This document shows positions 44,560-56,037 of a DNA stretch of 56,803 bases, piece after piece. Origin of the DNA: Desulfobacterales bacterium. Its GTDB lineage: Bacteria; Desulfobacterota; Desulfobacteria; Desulfobacterales; SG8-13. A program made the translations under genes and the position numbers. The DNA lies in the NCBI GenBank assembly GCA_037383965.1, contig JARROL010000007.1, forward strand, positions 1 to 56,803, in the 5' to 3' direction. A model generated the notes under the pieces. It saw only the letters and a list, made by a program, of their open reading frames with translations. It was not told the DNA's origin and searched no databases. Each line of letters opens with the position of its first letter. Position 1 is the stretch's first letter.

Positions 44560-46551
44560 ATGGGAAAGGAAGAGTTTACAGACACCGAGGCGTCGTTCGA
44601 TAGCGGCGAACTCGAAGAATTGGCTGCACGCGTGAAAAGCGTTCTCGACATCCGCGACCGCAAATATGGCATCCCGCCGAAGACTTACCCGAAGTGCTTC
44701 GTTGGAAGTGAAGCGGTCGAGAAGCTGGTGAACGAGGGCATTGCCGGCGACGTGGCGGACGCCTTACGCATCGGCAACATAATGCTGAATGCCGGCGTGT
44801 TTCACCATGTTGTAGACGCCCACCCGTTTAAGAACAAGAACTTGTTCTACCGCTTCACCGCGGATGAGGACCACGGCATGGCGGCCCGCAGACCCGATGG
44901 CAGCGCCGTCAGTTGGGCGGATTTCATCGCACCGCTCGCAGCAGCGGAAAACCGGAACTTCACGCTCCAGCCTGCCATTCCGGAGCGCGATCCGGACTTG
45001 GCTTCCTTTGCACAGGTTGACCTCGAGGCGTGCGGCATCTCGCCGCTCGATGAGCATAACACCGGACTCCTCGATCTCGTCCACCCGAAAGCGTGGGTGA
45101 ACCCGACGCCCAAGCCCACCTACAATCTGGTGGTGATCGGGGCCGGCTCCGGCGGCTTGGTGTCTGCCGCGGGCGCTGCGGGGGTCGGTGCGCGTGTGGC
45201 GCTGATCGAATCTCACCTTCTGGGCGGCGACTGCCTCAATGTGGGCTGCGTGCCGTCGAAAGCATTACTGCGGTGCGCCAAAGCGGCCGCGGCTGTGCGC
45301 GACGCCGCCGCATTTGGTGTCAAGGTCACCGGCCAGGTCACGGTCGATTTCGGCTTCGTGATGGAACGCATGCGCCGAATCCGGGCCGGCATTGCGCCGA
45401 ACGACTCGGCCAAACGCTTCACCGAACAGCTCGGTGTAGACGTTTTTCTCGGCCGGGGCAGATTTACCGGAAAAAACAGTATCGACGTCAACGGCAAGAC
45501 GCTCACATTTGCCAAGGCCGTTGTGGCCACCGGCGGCACTGCGGCCCTCCCGGGCATTCCGGGGCTGAAAGAAGCGCCGTATCTCACCAATGCCACGGTT
45601 TTCAACTTGACGAAGTTGCCCGCCCGTCTCGGCATAATCGGTGCGGGCCCCGTCGGTATGGAGCTCGCCCAGGCGTTCCAACGCTTCGGCTCGCATGTGA
45701 CGGTCTTTTCGCGCAACGACAAGATCCTTGAAAAAGAGGATACGGATGCGGCCAGGATCGTCGAAACGTCGCTGCGGCGGGACGGTGTCACTTTCGCGTT
45801 TAACACCAACTATAAAAGCGTGGAAAATAGCGCCGGAAAGCCTCCGGTGACGGTTGTCATAGAAGACGGCGATGGAATCGAAAGGTCGCTCGAATTCGAC
45901 GCGTTGCTGGTGGCAGCGGGACGCAAGCCGGCGGTAAGGGGTCTCGGCCTCGAGGATGCCGGCGTGTCATACGATGAACGTATGGGTATCGACGTAAACG
46001 ATAAGCTGCAAACCACCAATCCGAATGTCTACGCCGTGGGGGATGTGGCGAGCAAATACCAGTTTACCCATATGGCCGACTTCATGGCACGCCTGGTGAT
46101 CCGCAACGCCCTGTTTTTCGGCCGAGACAAATTCTCCGACTTCCTCATTCCGTGGGTGACCTACACGGATCCCGAAGTGGCCCATGTGGGGCTCTACGAA
46201 AAGGACCTGCAAGAGCGAAACACCGAGTTTGCGACATTCACGAGGGAGTTCTCCGACGTCGACCGGGGTATTGTCGACGGCGAAACGGAGGGTTTTGTGA
46301 AGATACACGTGAAGAAAGGCACGGATCAAATTCTGGGAACAACGATTGTCGGTCGCCATGCCGGCGACATGCTCAGCGAAATCACGGTGGCGATGCAAAG
46401 CGGCATGGGGCTCGGCAAACTGGCCAATGTGATTCACCCTTACCCGACGGCAGCCGAGGCCATCCGCCAGTGCGGCGACGCCTACAATCGATCGCGCCTC
46501 ACCCCCACCGTCAAGGCTATCTTTCGCCGCCTCATGGCTCTCAAGCGGTGA
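44560..46551 (+). CDS. DEP-domain protein fused to a class I pyridine nucleotide-disulfide oxidoreductase (MerA/Lpd-like)
   Basis: GGAGG RBS. The N-terminus IRDRKYG...YPKCFVGSEAVEKLV....A..IGN.ML.AGVFHHV...H.F.N..LFYRF is DEP-like. This is followed by VVIGAGSGG and the redox centre GGDCLNVGCVPSK. The C-terminal dimerisation domain contains HPYPT..E. Confidence 0.8.
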   Translation: MGKEEFTDTEASFDSGELEELAARVKSVLDIRDRKYGIPPKTYPKCFVGSEAVEKLVNEGIAGDVADALRIGNIMLNAGVFHHVVDAHPFKNKNLFYRFTADEDHGMAARRPDGSAVSWADFIAPLAAAENRNFTLQPAIPERDPDLASFAQVDLEACGISPLDEHNTGLLDLVHPKAWVNPTPKPTYNLVVIGAGSGGLVSAAGAAGVGARVALIESHLLGGDCLNVGCVPSKALLRCAKAAAAVRDAAAFGVKVTGQVTVDFGFVMERMRRIRAGIAPNDSAKRFTEQLGVDVFLGRGRFTGKNSIDVNGKTLTFAKAVVATGGTAALPGIPGLKEAPYLTNATVFNLTKLPARLGIIGAGPVGMELAQAFQRFGSHVTVFSRNDKILEKEDTDAARIVETSLRRDGVTFAFNTNYKSVENSAGKPPVTVVIEDGDGIERSLEFDALLVAAGRKPAVRGLGLEDAGVSYDERMGIDVNDKLQTTNPNVYAVGDVASKYQFTHMADFMARLVIRNALFFGRDKFSDFLIPWVTYTDPEVAHVGLYEKDLQERNTEFATFTREFSDVDRGIVDGETEGFVKIHVKKGTDQILGTTIVGRHAGDMLSEITVAMQSGMGLGKLANVIHPYPTAAEAIRQCGDAYNRSRLTPTVKAIFRRLMALKR

Positions 46552-46593
46552 AACAAAACGATTGGATCGAAGCCTGAATTGTTGAGTGAGCCC

Positions 46594-47607
46594 TTAATCG
46601 ATGTGATACCGGCTCCGCGCCTCTTTCTCTATTTGTTCGGGGCTTATATCCAGATCCTTTTTCGGAGACACAATGTGTAGATCGTATTTTAAGGATCGCT
46701 TCCCGGCATTTGTCGGCGCATAAACCCGCAGCACGCCCAACACCTTATTGCCGTCGTATTCGGCGAAGACATCCTCCGGGCCGAACTCCTGACTCTTACG
46801 CTTGAGTTCACCAAGTAGGCTCGGATTTACTTCCTCTAAGGAGAAAGTGCCGAATTCACCGAATTTTCCAATCCCCAATATTCTTGTCAGACCGGTGAAA
46901 CTGTTCTCCTTGTAGCGCGTATCGTGGCAGACGACGATGTAGGGAGGATACAGCACATCTCCATTTTTGGCCAATACCGGCTCCTGTGCTGCATCGAGGC
47001 TGCGGGAAAAGACCTCGGCCTGTTCATGGGTAAAATTGAACTGGTTGTTGCAATAGGTGAAGAACATAGGCGGATCGACCAGGCCGATCGACGCACACGT
47101 GCTGATCCGTGTTCGGGCACCGTAGGGCGGCTTGAAAAAGGTCGGACAATGACTGCGGATGATATCGTCCGAACTTATTTTTGTGGGGATTTTAGGCCCC
47201 GTTTTCATCGTTCTTCTGAATGCGGCCCTTTTGAAGGTATATATTCTTCTGGCAGCTTTCGAGAAAAAACCGGTGTCGAGATTAATGCCGGAAACAACCC
47301 CATCCGGAAACAGCAGAGTGGCGTTGTCGTATCGCATGGCCGACTTGATATTCTCTCTAAACGAGCCGGTGCCTATAGCCCGGCAGGATTCATATTCAAT
47401 GGGATTCTCGTCCACATCTTGCAGAATCAATCCCCCCGGAATGAAGATGGCCCCCTTGTTGTCGTATTTCCCGGTGGCGCCCTCTTCGGTAACTCCGGGC
47501 AGCATTCCATCTTTCTTCTGTTTGAGCATTTTCCAAAGCGTATCCGCTCTGATGGAAATAATCTCCCTGATCAATTCATTCCCGAGTATAGTTCTTTTGG
47601 CGATCAT
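46594..47607 (-). CDS. Hypothetical protein (337 aa), no family recognised
   Basis: Long ORF on the operon strand whose GC looks lower than its neighbours (by eye). I can name no motif. Confidence 0.6.
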   Translation of the reverse strand: MIAKRTILGNELIREIISIRADTLWKMLKQKKDGMLPGVTEEGATGKYDNKGAIFIPGGLILQDVDENPIEYESCRAIGTGSFRENIKSAMRYDNATLLFPDGVVSGINLDTGFFSKAARRIYTFKRAAFRRTMKTGPKIPTKISSDDIIRSHCPTFFKPPYGARTRISTCASIGLVDPPMFFTYCNNQFNFTHEQAEVFSRSLDAAQEPVLAKNGDVLYPPYIVVCHDTRYKENSFTGLTRILGIGKFGEFGTFSLEEVNPSLLGELKRKSQEFGPEDVFAEYDGNKVLGVLRVYAPTNAGKRSLKYDLHIVSPKKDLDISPEQIEKEARSRYHID

Positions 47608-47730
47608 AATGTAGAGGTTACCCGCGCCGGGTCGTGGTCTTTTTTTCCTGTTCAGGTCGAAATGACATGTTCGAGCGACATAACACCTTCATTGTATAAC
47701 AGATTTGCGTCGTCTGGTAAACCGGTAAAG

Positions 47731-48762
47731 TTATTGATAGAGGAACGGGTCGAACAGGGATCTGATGAAGTCCAGGTCCAGGTAGCGCTGCAAGGTCGCC
47801 CAAGTGTCGGAATTCTTCATACCGGAGAACTCAGTCTGGTAGGCCACCCATCCCATGGCCGACCACGAGATGCCCCGTAGATAAACGAACGGGTCGCGAA
47901 GGCGAATGCGATCGGGAAGCGTGTCGCGAAGGTGTTTGTCTCCGATGCCGCTACAATAGATACCGATGAATTCTTTCTTTTCACGGGACGTCATCCGGAA
48001 GGTGGTTTTCCAGAGCGTGGTCAACGGTGAGCAGAAGTGACACAAATCCTGCGAGGGATCGCCCCAACGCGGCATTTCCCAGTCGACCAGATGAATCGAG
48101 CCGTGCTCGCGGTTAACGATGAAGTTGCCCGAGTTGACTTCCGTGTTGACGATGCAGAGCCAGGGATCTCTCGTGAAGTACTTCTCCCGCACACGCACGG
48201 AATCGGCCCAAAGGATCACCTCATTCAAGTAGTCGCGGATCGCGGCATCAGCCAGGTCCGATTCGAAGTAATGCGCCAGGAGTCCCCGGCACTCTTCGTA
48301 TATCAGTGAAAGCGGCGCATCTTCACGGATCAGGTGGTTGTCGGCCGGATCGACCTCGACCTGATGGACTGCGGCGAAAAGACCCGCCGCCGCCGCCAGA
48401 TCCCTATTGTAATCAAGCTGTTCCCCCGGCAGGTACTCCATCACCAAAGCGCCCCGATCGAGAACCTTTCGGGTGTCGTCCACGAAACAGGGTCGGGGTG
48501 TATGACCGCTTCCCGCCAGCAGCTTCAAGGCCCGGTATTCGTATAAAATCTGATCCGACCGCCCGATCTGAGTGCCGATGTTGACCCTGAAAACCAGTTT
48601 CAGAACGTTCGTTTCCGAGGAAATCAGGTAGTTCAGGTTGTATTCTCCCTGGGCGAGCGGGGCGACCGTAAAACGGTGACCGTTCATGACCGGCACATCA
48701 CGCCAGTCCCGGTTGTCGAGATAGGATTGCACCCGGGGCAGATAGTCTGTCATCAAGCTCAT
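47731..48762 (-). CDS. APH/choline-kinase-fold phosphotransferase-like protein with atypical catalytic loop
   Basis: APLAQGEYNLNYLI (G-loop-like), VMEYLPGE, HLVDWEMPRWGDPSQDL (IDWE/DFG-equivalent). The Brenner motif reads NTEVNSGN where H.D....N is expected. Confidence 0.7.
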   Translation of the reverse strand: MSLMTDYLPRVQSYLDNRDWRDVPVMNGHRFTVAPLAQGEYNLNYLISSETNVLKLVFRVNIGTQIGRSDQILYEYRALKLLAGSGHTPRPCFVDDTRKVLDRGALVMEYLPGEQLDYNRDLAAAAGLFAAVHQVEVDPADNHLIREDAPLSLIYEECRGLLAHYFESDLADAAIRDYLNEVILWADSVRVREKYFTRDPWLCIVNTEVNSGNFIVNREHGSIHLVDWEMPRWGDPSQDLCHFCSPLTTLWKTTFRMTSREKKEFIGIYCSGIGDKHLRDTLPDRIRLRDPFVYLRGISWSAMGWVAYQTEFSGMKNSDTWATLQRYLDLDFIRSLFDPFLYQ

Positions 48763-48770
48763 GGTCAGCG

Positions 48771-48842
48771 CGTTGAGTCTGTTAGGCCGGTCGTGTCCGT
48801 TGAGCCGGTTGAGCCCGTTTACCCGTTAGATCCGTCAACCGG
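48771..48842 (-). repeat. 9-nt tandem array (about 8 units) spanning the ABC ATPase 3' end and the 8 nt before the kinase-like gene start
   Basis: Minus-strand reading: ccggttgac ggatctaac gggtaaacg ggctcaacc ggctcaacg gacacgacc ggcctaaca gactcaacg. Confidence 0.8.
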
Positions 48843-49877
48843 CGTAACCGCTTCCGGTGGGAAAACCCGAATCCTTTCGGCCGGCAGACGCAAACGGACC
48901 GCTTGACCGGGGAAGAACTCCCCCCTGCCGGTCAAAACCACCAGACGTCCACCGCGGCATTTCACCCAGAGCCGGGTGGCCATGCCCTCGAAGTGGGCCC
49001 GTTCCACCTGTGCTTCCAGTTCGAAGTCGCCGGCTACCGATATGAGAATATCTTCCGGTCGAATCGTTGCCGTCAGCAGGAGTCCGTTGCCGTTGACCGC
49101 CGGCAATTCGAAAGCGCCGAAACCGGTGTGCAGAAATCCGTCTTTGACGCGCCCCTCGAAAAAGTTGGTGCCACCGAAAAACCGCGCGACTTCGCGGTCC
49201 ACCGGGCGGTGGTATAGATCCTGCGGTCTGCCGACCTGACGCAGTCTACCGTCCAAAAGCAGGGTAACGCGATGGGACATGATCAGGGCTTCGGATTGGT
49301 CATGGGTAACGAAGAGGGTCGTCACGCGCGTCTTTTCCTGAATTTCTTGAATCAGCTCCCGCATTTGTTGACGCAAATTGGCATCCAGGTTGCTCAAGGG
49401 TTCGTCCAGCAGCAGCACGGCGGGCTTCAGCACCAATGCCCGGGCAAGACTGACCCGCTGCTGCTGTCCGCCCGAGAGTTCATGGACCTTTCTTTTATCG
49501 AGTCCGGCCAGCTGCGTGAGGGCCAGGATATCCTCTACCGCCCTGCGAACCCGGCGCTGGGTCATTCCCTTCATTCTCAATCCGAAAGCGATGTTCTGTT
49601 CCACGTTCATAAAGGGAAAGAGCAGTGGTTTCTGAAAAACCATGATCGTGTTTCGCCTATCCGGCGGAACACCCGCCAGAGATTTTCCATCGAGCCGGAT
49701 ATCACCGCTGACCGGTTCGATCAAGCCGGCCACGGCCTTCAAGATCGTCGTCTTGCCCGCGCCGCTGGGACCGAGGCTCGACACCATTTCACCATCCGCC
49801 ACTTTCAGGCTGAATTCGGCGATCACCGGTCGGCGGCCGTATCGAATCGACAGTTTTTCGAGAACCAGATCACCCAT
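48819..49877 (-). CDS. ABC transporter ATP-binding protein (PotA/FbpC-like with C-terminal TOBE-type domain)
   Basis: Walker A GPSGAGKTT, signature LSGGQQQRV, Walker B LLLDEP. ATG 49877 overlaps the upstream permease stop (TAATG). Confidence 0.9.
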   Translation of the reverse strand: MGDLVLEKLSIRYGRRPVIAEFSLKVADGEMVSSLGPSGAGKTTILKAVAGLIEPVSGDIRLDGKSLAGVPPDRRNTIMVFQKPLLFPFMNVEQNIAFGLRMKGMTQRRVRRAVEDILALTQLAGLDKRKVHELSGGQQQRVSLARALVLKPAVLLLDEPLSNLDANLRQQMRELIQEIQEKTRVTTLFVTHDQSEALIMSHRVTLLLDGRLRQVGRPQDLYHRPVDREVARFFGGTNFFEGRVKDGFLHTGFGAFELPAVNGNGLLLTATIRPEDILISVAGDFELEAQVERAHFEGMATRLWVKCRGGRLVVLTGRGEFFPGQAVRLRLPAERIRVFPPEAVTPVDGSNG

Positions 49878-50671
49878 TACCAAATTCCCGCCATGCTTTG
49901 CCGGCCCATATAACGGGCGCTGAACAGAAGCGCCAAGAAAGCCGGCGCCACGAAAACGAGGCTGACCGCCGCCGCGACCGGACGGTCTCCGCTGGTCATC
50001 AACGCGAAAAGAATAATCGGCAGGGTCGTCATCTTTCCACCACCGATAATCAGCGTCGCCAGATACTGGCTCCAGGAGAGCAGAAATGAAAACAAGGCCG
50101 CCACCACCAGCCCCGGCAGTGTCATCGGAAGCATCACCCGCAGGACAATACCGGTAGTGGAGGCTCCCAGGGATCGTGCCTGGTCTTCGAATTCCGGGTT
50201 ATAATTCGAAAAGACCCCCCATAAGACAAAGACGGTGTAAGGCAGGCAAAAAGTCAGGTGAACCAGAACCACACCGGAAAAGGATTCCGCCAGTCCCAGC
50301 CGGATGAACCAGTGATGAAGCCCCATCGAAACACACAGCGGCGGCACGATAACCGGCAGGATAAGAATGACCGAGATGACGTCCTTACCCTTGAAAGCAT
50401 AGAGGCCGAGCGCCCGGCCCGCCGGCAGTCCGATCAACAGCGCAATCACCGCCGTCACCGTCGCTACCGCCAGGCTCTGGCCTATGGCTCCGACAATCTG
50501 GACACCGGCCGTATCGAAAATGTACTGCCAGGCCCGCCATCCCCACTGCTGCGGCAGCAATCCGGGATAGAACCAACGGTTGCTGAAGGACCAGATCACG
50601 AGTTGGAGAAACGGCAGCCCGACGGTAAAGAAAATCAGTCCGCCGGCAATCGCGCGCTTCAGAGGTTTCAT
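49877..50671 (-). CDS. ABC transporter permease
   Basis: 264 aa, 6-TM pattern with an EAA-like loop (EDQARSLGAS). ATGA overlap with the upstream permease. Confidence 0.88.
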   Translation of the reverse strand: MKPLKRAIAGGLIFFTVGLPFLQLVIWSFSNRWFYPGLLPQQWGWRAWQYIFDTAGVQIVGAIGQSLAVATVTAVIALLIGLPAGRALGLYAFKGKDVISVILILPVIVPPLCVSMGLHHWFIRLGLAESFSGVVLVHLTFCLPYTVFVLWGVFSNYNPEFEDQARSLGASTTGIVLRVMLPMTLPGLVVAALFSFLLSWSQYLATLIIGGGKMTTLPIILFALMTSGDRPVAAAVSLVFVAPAFLALLFSARYMGRQSMAGIW

Positions 50672-51585
50672 ATGATGACGCCTCTGCGCCGGGCCATGCG
50701 GGTCAATGCCTGGGAGAGAACGATGGCGGCGATAATCACGCCCGCGATGACGAGTCCGGTGGCGATACCTTCAGGCCGGGCCATCATGTCGATGTCACTG
50801 TAGTTTCTATATGCCCAAACCGGCAGGGTCATGGGGTATGTCTGCCCCAGGAGATACGGTACCTCGAACGCTCCGAAAGTGTAAGCAAAAACGATCAGGC
50901 AGGCCGCGCCCAGGCTGGGGAAGATCGTCGGCAATAAGACGTAGCGAAAGCATTGCCGGCGATTGGCATTCAGCGTGCGGGCCGTCTCCAGCAGTTCCAT
51001 GCCGTTATTTTTCAACACCGCCATGACCATCAGGGTGATGAACGGGACCTCCTTCCAAACGTAGGTGACGATGATGCCGATGCACCAGGGATCGTTAATC
51101 AGCAGCGGAAACCGCGATGCGCCGTCGATCAATCCGGCGGCCTGAAGAATCCGCGAAATCATGCCGCTGGGAGCCAGCAGGAACACGGCCGCCGTTGCGA
51201 TAACCAGGTGCGGAACCGCGAGCGGAATCTCGAAAATGAAACCGACCAGTCGGCGGGGTCCTCGAAATCCGATCAAAAAAAGGGCCGCCGAAATACTGAG
51301 CGCACCGGCGACAACCGTCGACACCACGGAGATGTAAAAGGTCAACCCTAAGCTTTTCAGGAAACCCGGATCGGTCAGGATGTTCTCGAAGTGCTGCAGA
51401 GTATAGGTATTCATTCCGGCAGCCGGGAGATAACCGAGGCTTTGCAGAAACCCGAGCACGAGTCCCCCGCCGAAAAGGACCGTCACCAGCCCCAAAGCCG
51501 GCGCCAATAACAGTGTCAAGGCGGACCGCCCCGGATTACTACGTGTACGGGCATTTGCATCGGCTGACTGATCTCGCGTGATCAT
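50668..51585 (-). CDS. ABC transporter permease
   Basis: ATG 51585 overlaps the binding-protein stop (ATGA). Hydrophobic 6-TM pattern with the loop ETARTLNANRRQ. The longer ORF extending to 51774 overlaps the upstream gene and is rejected. Confidence 0.85.
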   Translation of the reverse strand: MITRDQSADANARTRSNPGRSALTLLLAPALGLVTVLFGGGLVLGFLQSLGYLPAAGMNTYTLQHFENILTDPGFLKSLGLTFYISVVSTVVAGALSISAALFLIGFRGPRRLVGFIFEIPLAVPHLVIATAAVFLLAPSGMISRILQAAGLIDGASRFPLLINDPWCIGIIVTYVWKEVPFITLMVMAVLKNNGMELLETARTLNANRRQCFRYVLLPTIFPSLGAACLIVFAYTFGAFEVPYLLGQTYPMTLPVWAYRNYSDIDMMARPEGIATGLVIAGVIIAAIVLSQALTRMARRRGVII

Positions 51586-52845
51586 CTTTTCTTCAGTACG
51601 TTTTCCTCCCACCCCTTTTCCAGGCGGATCAGTATGTCGGAGGGCGGTTCCGGCAGCCGGTGGCTCTGCAACACGTCGTCCGGCAGAGTGGCTGCGCCGC
51701 GTGGCAATTCGGCAAACCGGGCCTGCCACTGCGGATCCAGGCGCTTGACGTTGATGGCGGGGAAATCGCCCCACACATCGGGATCGGCCTTCTTGAGCTG
51801 CGCCTCGGGAGACAGAAGAAAATCGGCCACCACCATCGCACCTTCCTTGTGAGCGGCGTTGAAGGGAATCGCGACAAAATGGGTGTTGCCGATGGTCCCT
51901 TCCTCGAAGACAAACGTTCGCACCGTCGGGGGATACAATCCGTCGAGAATCTTTTTCGAGGCCTCGGCCGGATGATAACTGATGGCGAAGTCGACCTCTT
52001 TGTCGGCGAAAAGTTGCGACAGACGCTCGGGATTCTCCGGGTAGGTTTTACCGTCGCGCCACAGGTAGGGCGCCAGTTCCCTGAGGGTCCGATAGGTCTT
52101 TTCCGATGCCACGGTGAAGCGCTTTTCATTCATCGGTTCCTGCCAGATGGCCGCACCCTCGGAAACATGATAGAAAACCTGACGCACGAACACCGATCCG
52201 GTAAAATCAGGCGGCGCCGGATAGGTGAACCGTCCCGGGTGGCGGCGGACCCATTCGAGCAGCGTTTCCATTGAAACCGGTGGTGTCGGTGTGCGTACGC
52301 TGTCGTAAACCATCACGACCTGGGCGCTGCCCCAGGGAGACTCCAGATTTTCCACCGGCTCCCCGAAATCATTGTAGACCGAAGGTTGACTCCAGTCGAC
52401 CAGGACCTGGTTCGGAAGGCGGTCGGCAAAGGGACCGTAGAGCAGGCCGTTGCGCTTGGCGGTGCGAAAATTTTCGCCGTTGATCCAAAGCAGGTCGGCC
52501 TGGCCGCCCGACATTTTTCCGGCCTGTTTTTCAACCAGCAGCTTGCTGATCACTTCGGCGATATCCGATCACCGGCACCTGGCGCAGCTTAACCCCGTAA
52601 AGTTCATTGACGCGAGACGCCACAAAACCGTTCACATAGGCGTTGGTGCTGGGAAATCCCCCCCACATGAACCAGTCGACAGTCTGCCCCCGGGCCCGCT
52701 TCAGGACATCATCCCAGTTACCGGGCTTGGCCGCCGTGGATGATGCCCAACAAATTGATAATGCCAGTGTCAACAAAAGGACTGCCACGCGACTTTGCTG
52801 CCGGTTAGGTCGTGAAAAGAAGTTCATCAGTTTCCAAACAGTCAT
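51582..52845 (-). pseudogene. ABC transporter periplasmic binding protein (YnjB/COG4134-like by recollection) with 1-nt frameshift near 52560-52572
   Basis: The N-fragment (52845-52531) has a signal peptide and ends ...YGVKLRQVPV. The other frame continues DIAEVISKLLVEKQAGK..GGQADLLWINGENF... to 51582. Confidence 0.7.
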
Positions 52846-52871
52846 TTTCTTCCTTCGGTCTTGTGTTTAAT

Positions 52872-52918
52872 ACGAAAATAAAACCAAACCCGCTGGCGAG
52901 GTAGGCCCCTCCGCCCGG
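52872..52918 (-). terminator. Intrinsic-terminator-like module (copy 2), 30 nt downstream of acnA
   Basis: Minus-strand reading ccgggcggaggggcctacctcgccagcgggtttggttttattttcgt. It differs from 17467-17513 at only 2-3 positions. Confidence 0.5.
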
Positions 52919-52948
52919 AGTTATCCGAATGGAATGGTATTTCTGGTT

Positions 52949-55696
<2,748 letters not shown>

Positions 55697-55792
55697 AAGC
55701 ACTCCTCATGGGATTAGACGGTGGTTCGAGGCCTCTTTTGGCCCACCACGATGCATCAATTGACGCGCCTTCCGTTTTTTCGCATTAAAGCA

Positions 55793-55934
55793 GTTTGTCA
55801 GTTGTGTCGGTTAGGTCAGTTTTGTCAGTTAACCGCTCATGGCCCTTAAGCCACGACTGTTTCCGGTTTCAGGTTCCGAGTTTCAAGTTTCAAATTTCAA
55901 GTTTCTATTTGCGGGTCTGATTCTATTTTCGAAC
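55793..55934 (-). repeat. Composite intergenic element, copy C (minus strand), about 96 nt upstream of acnA
   Basis: The reverse complement reads gttcgaaaatagaatcagacccgcaaatagaaacttgaaatttgaaacttgaaactcggaacc...gtggcttaagggccatgagcggttaactgacaaaactgacctaaccgacacaactgac. Confidence 0.8.
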
Positions 55935-56037
55935 AAAACGCTGATAGCCTCTTGAGCCACCACAGTGCATTCGGACCGGATCAGGTTTCGCCCCTGAGTT
56001 TCTTGATGATTTTTGGAATAAAGAATGAAAAGCCAAA

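Noticed and set aside
50668-51774. Extended 368-aa version of the first permease.
   Set aside because: The N-terminal 63 residues overlap the binding-protein gene and are Arg/Pro/Gly-rich. ATG 51585 gives the typical ATGA coupling.
52846-52948. Possible riboswitch (for example TPP) in front of the ABC importer.
   Set aside because: The region is only about 100 nt and is largely occupied by the terminator-like repeat. I could not find the conserved TPP-riboswitch core motifs (CUGAGA / ACCUGAUCUGGAUAAUGCCAGCG).
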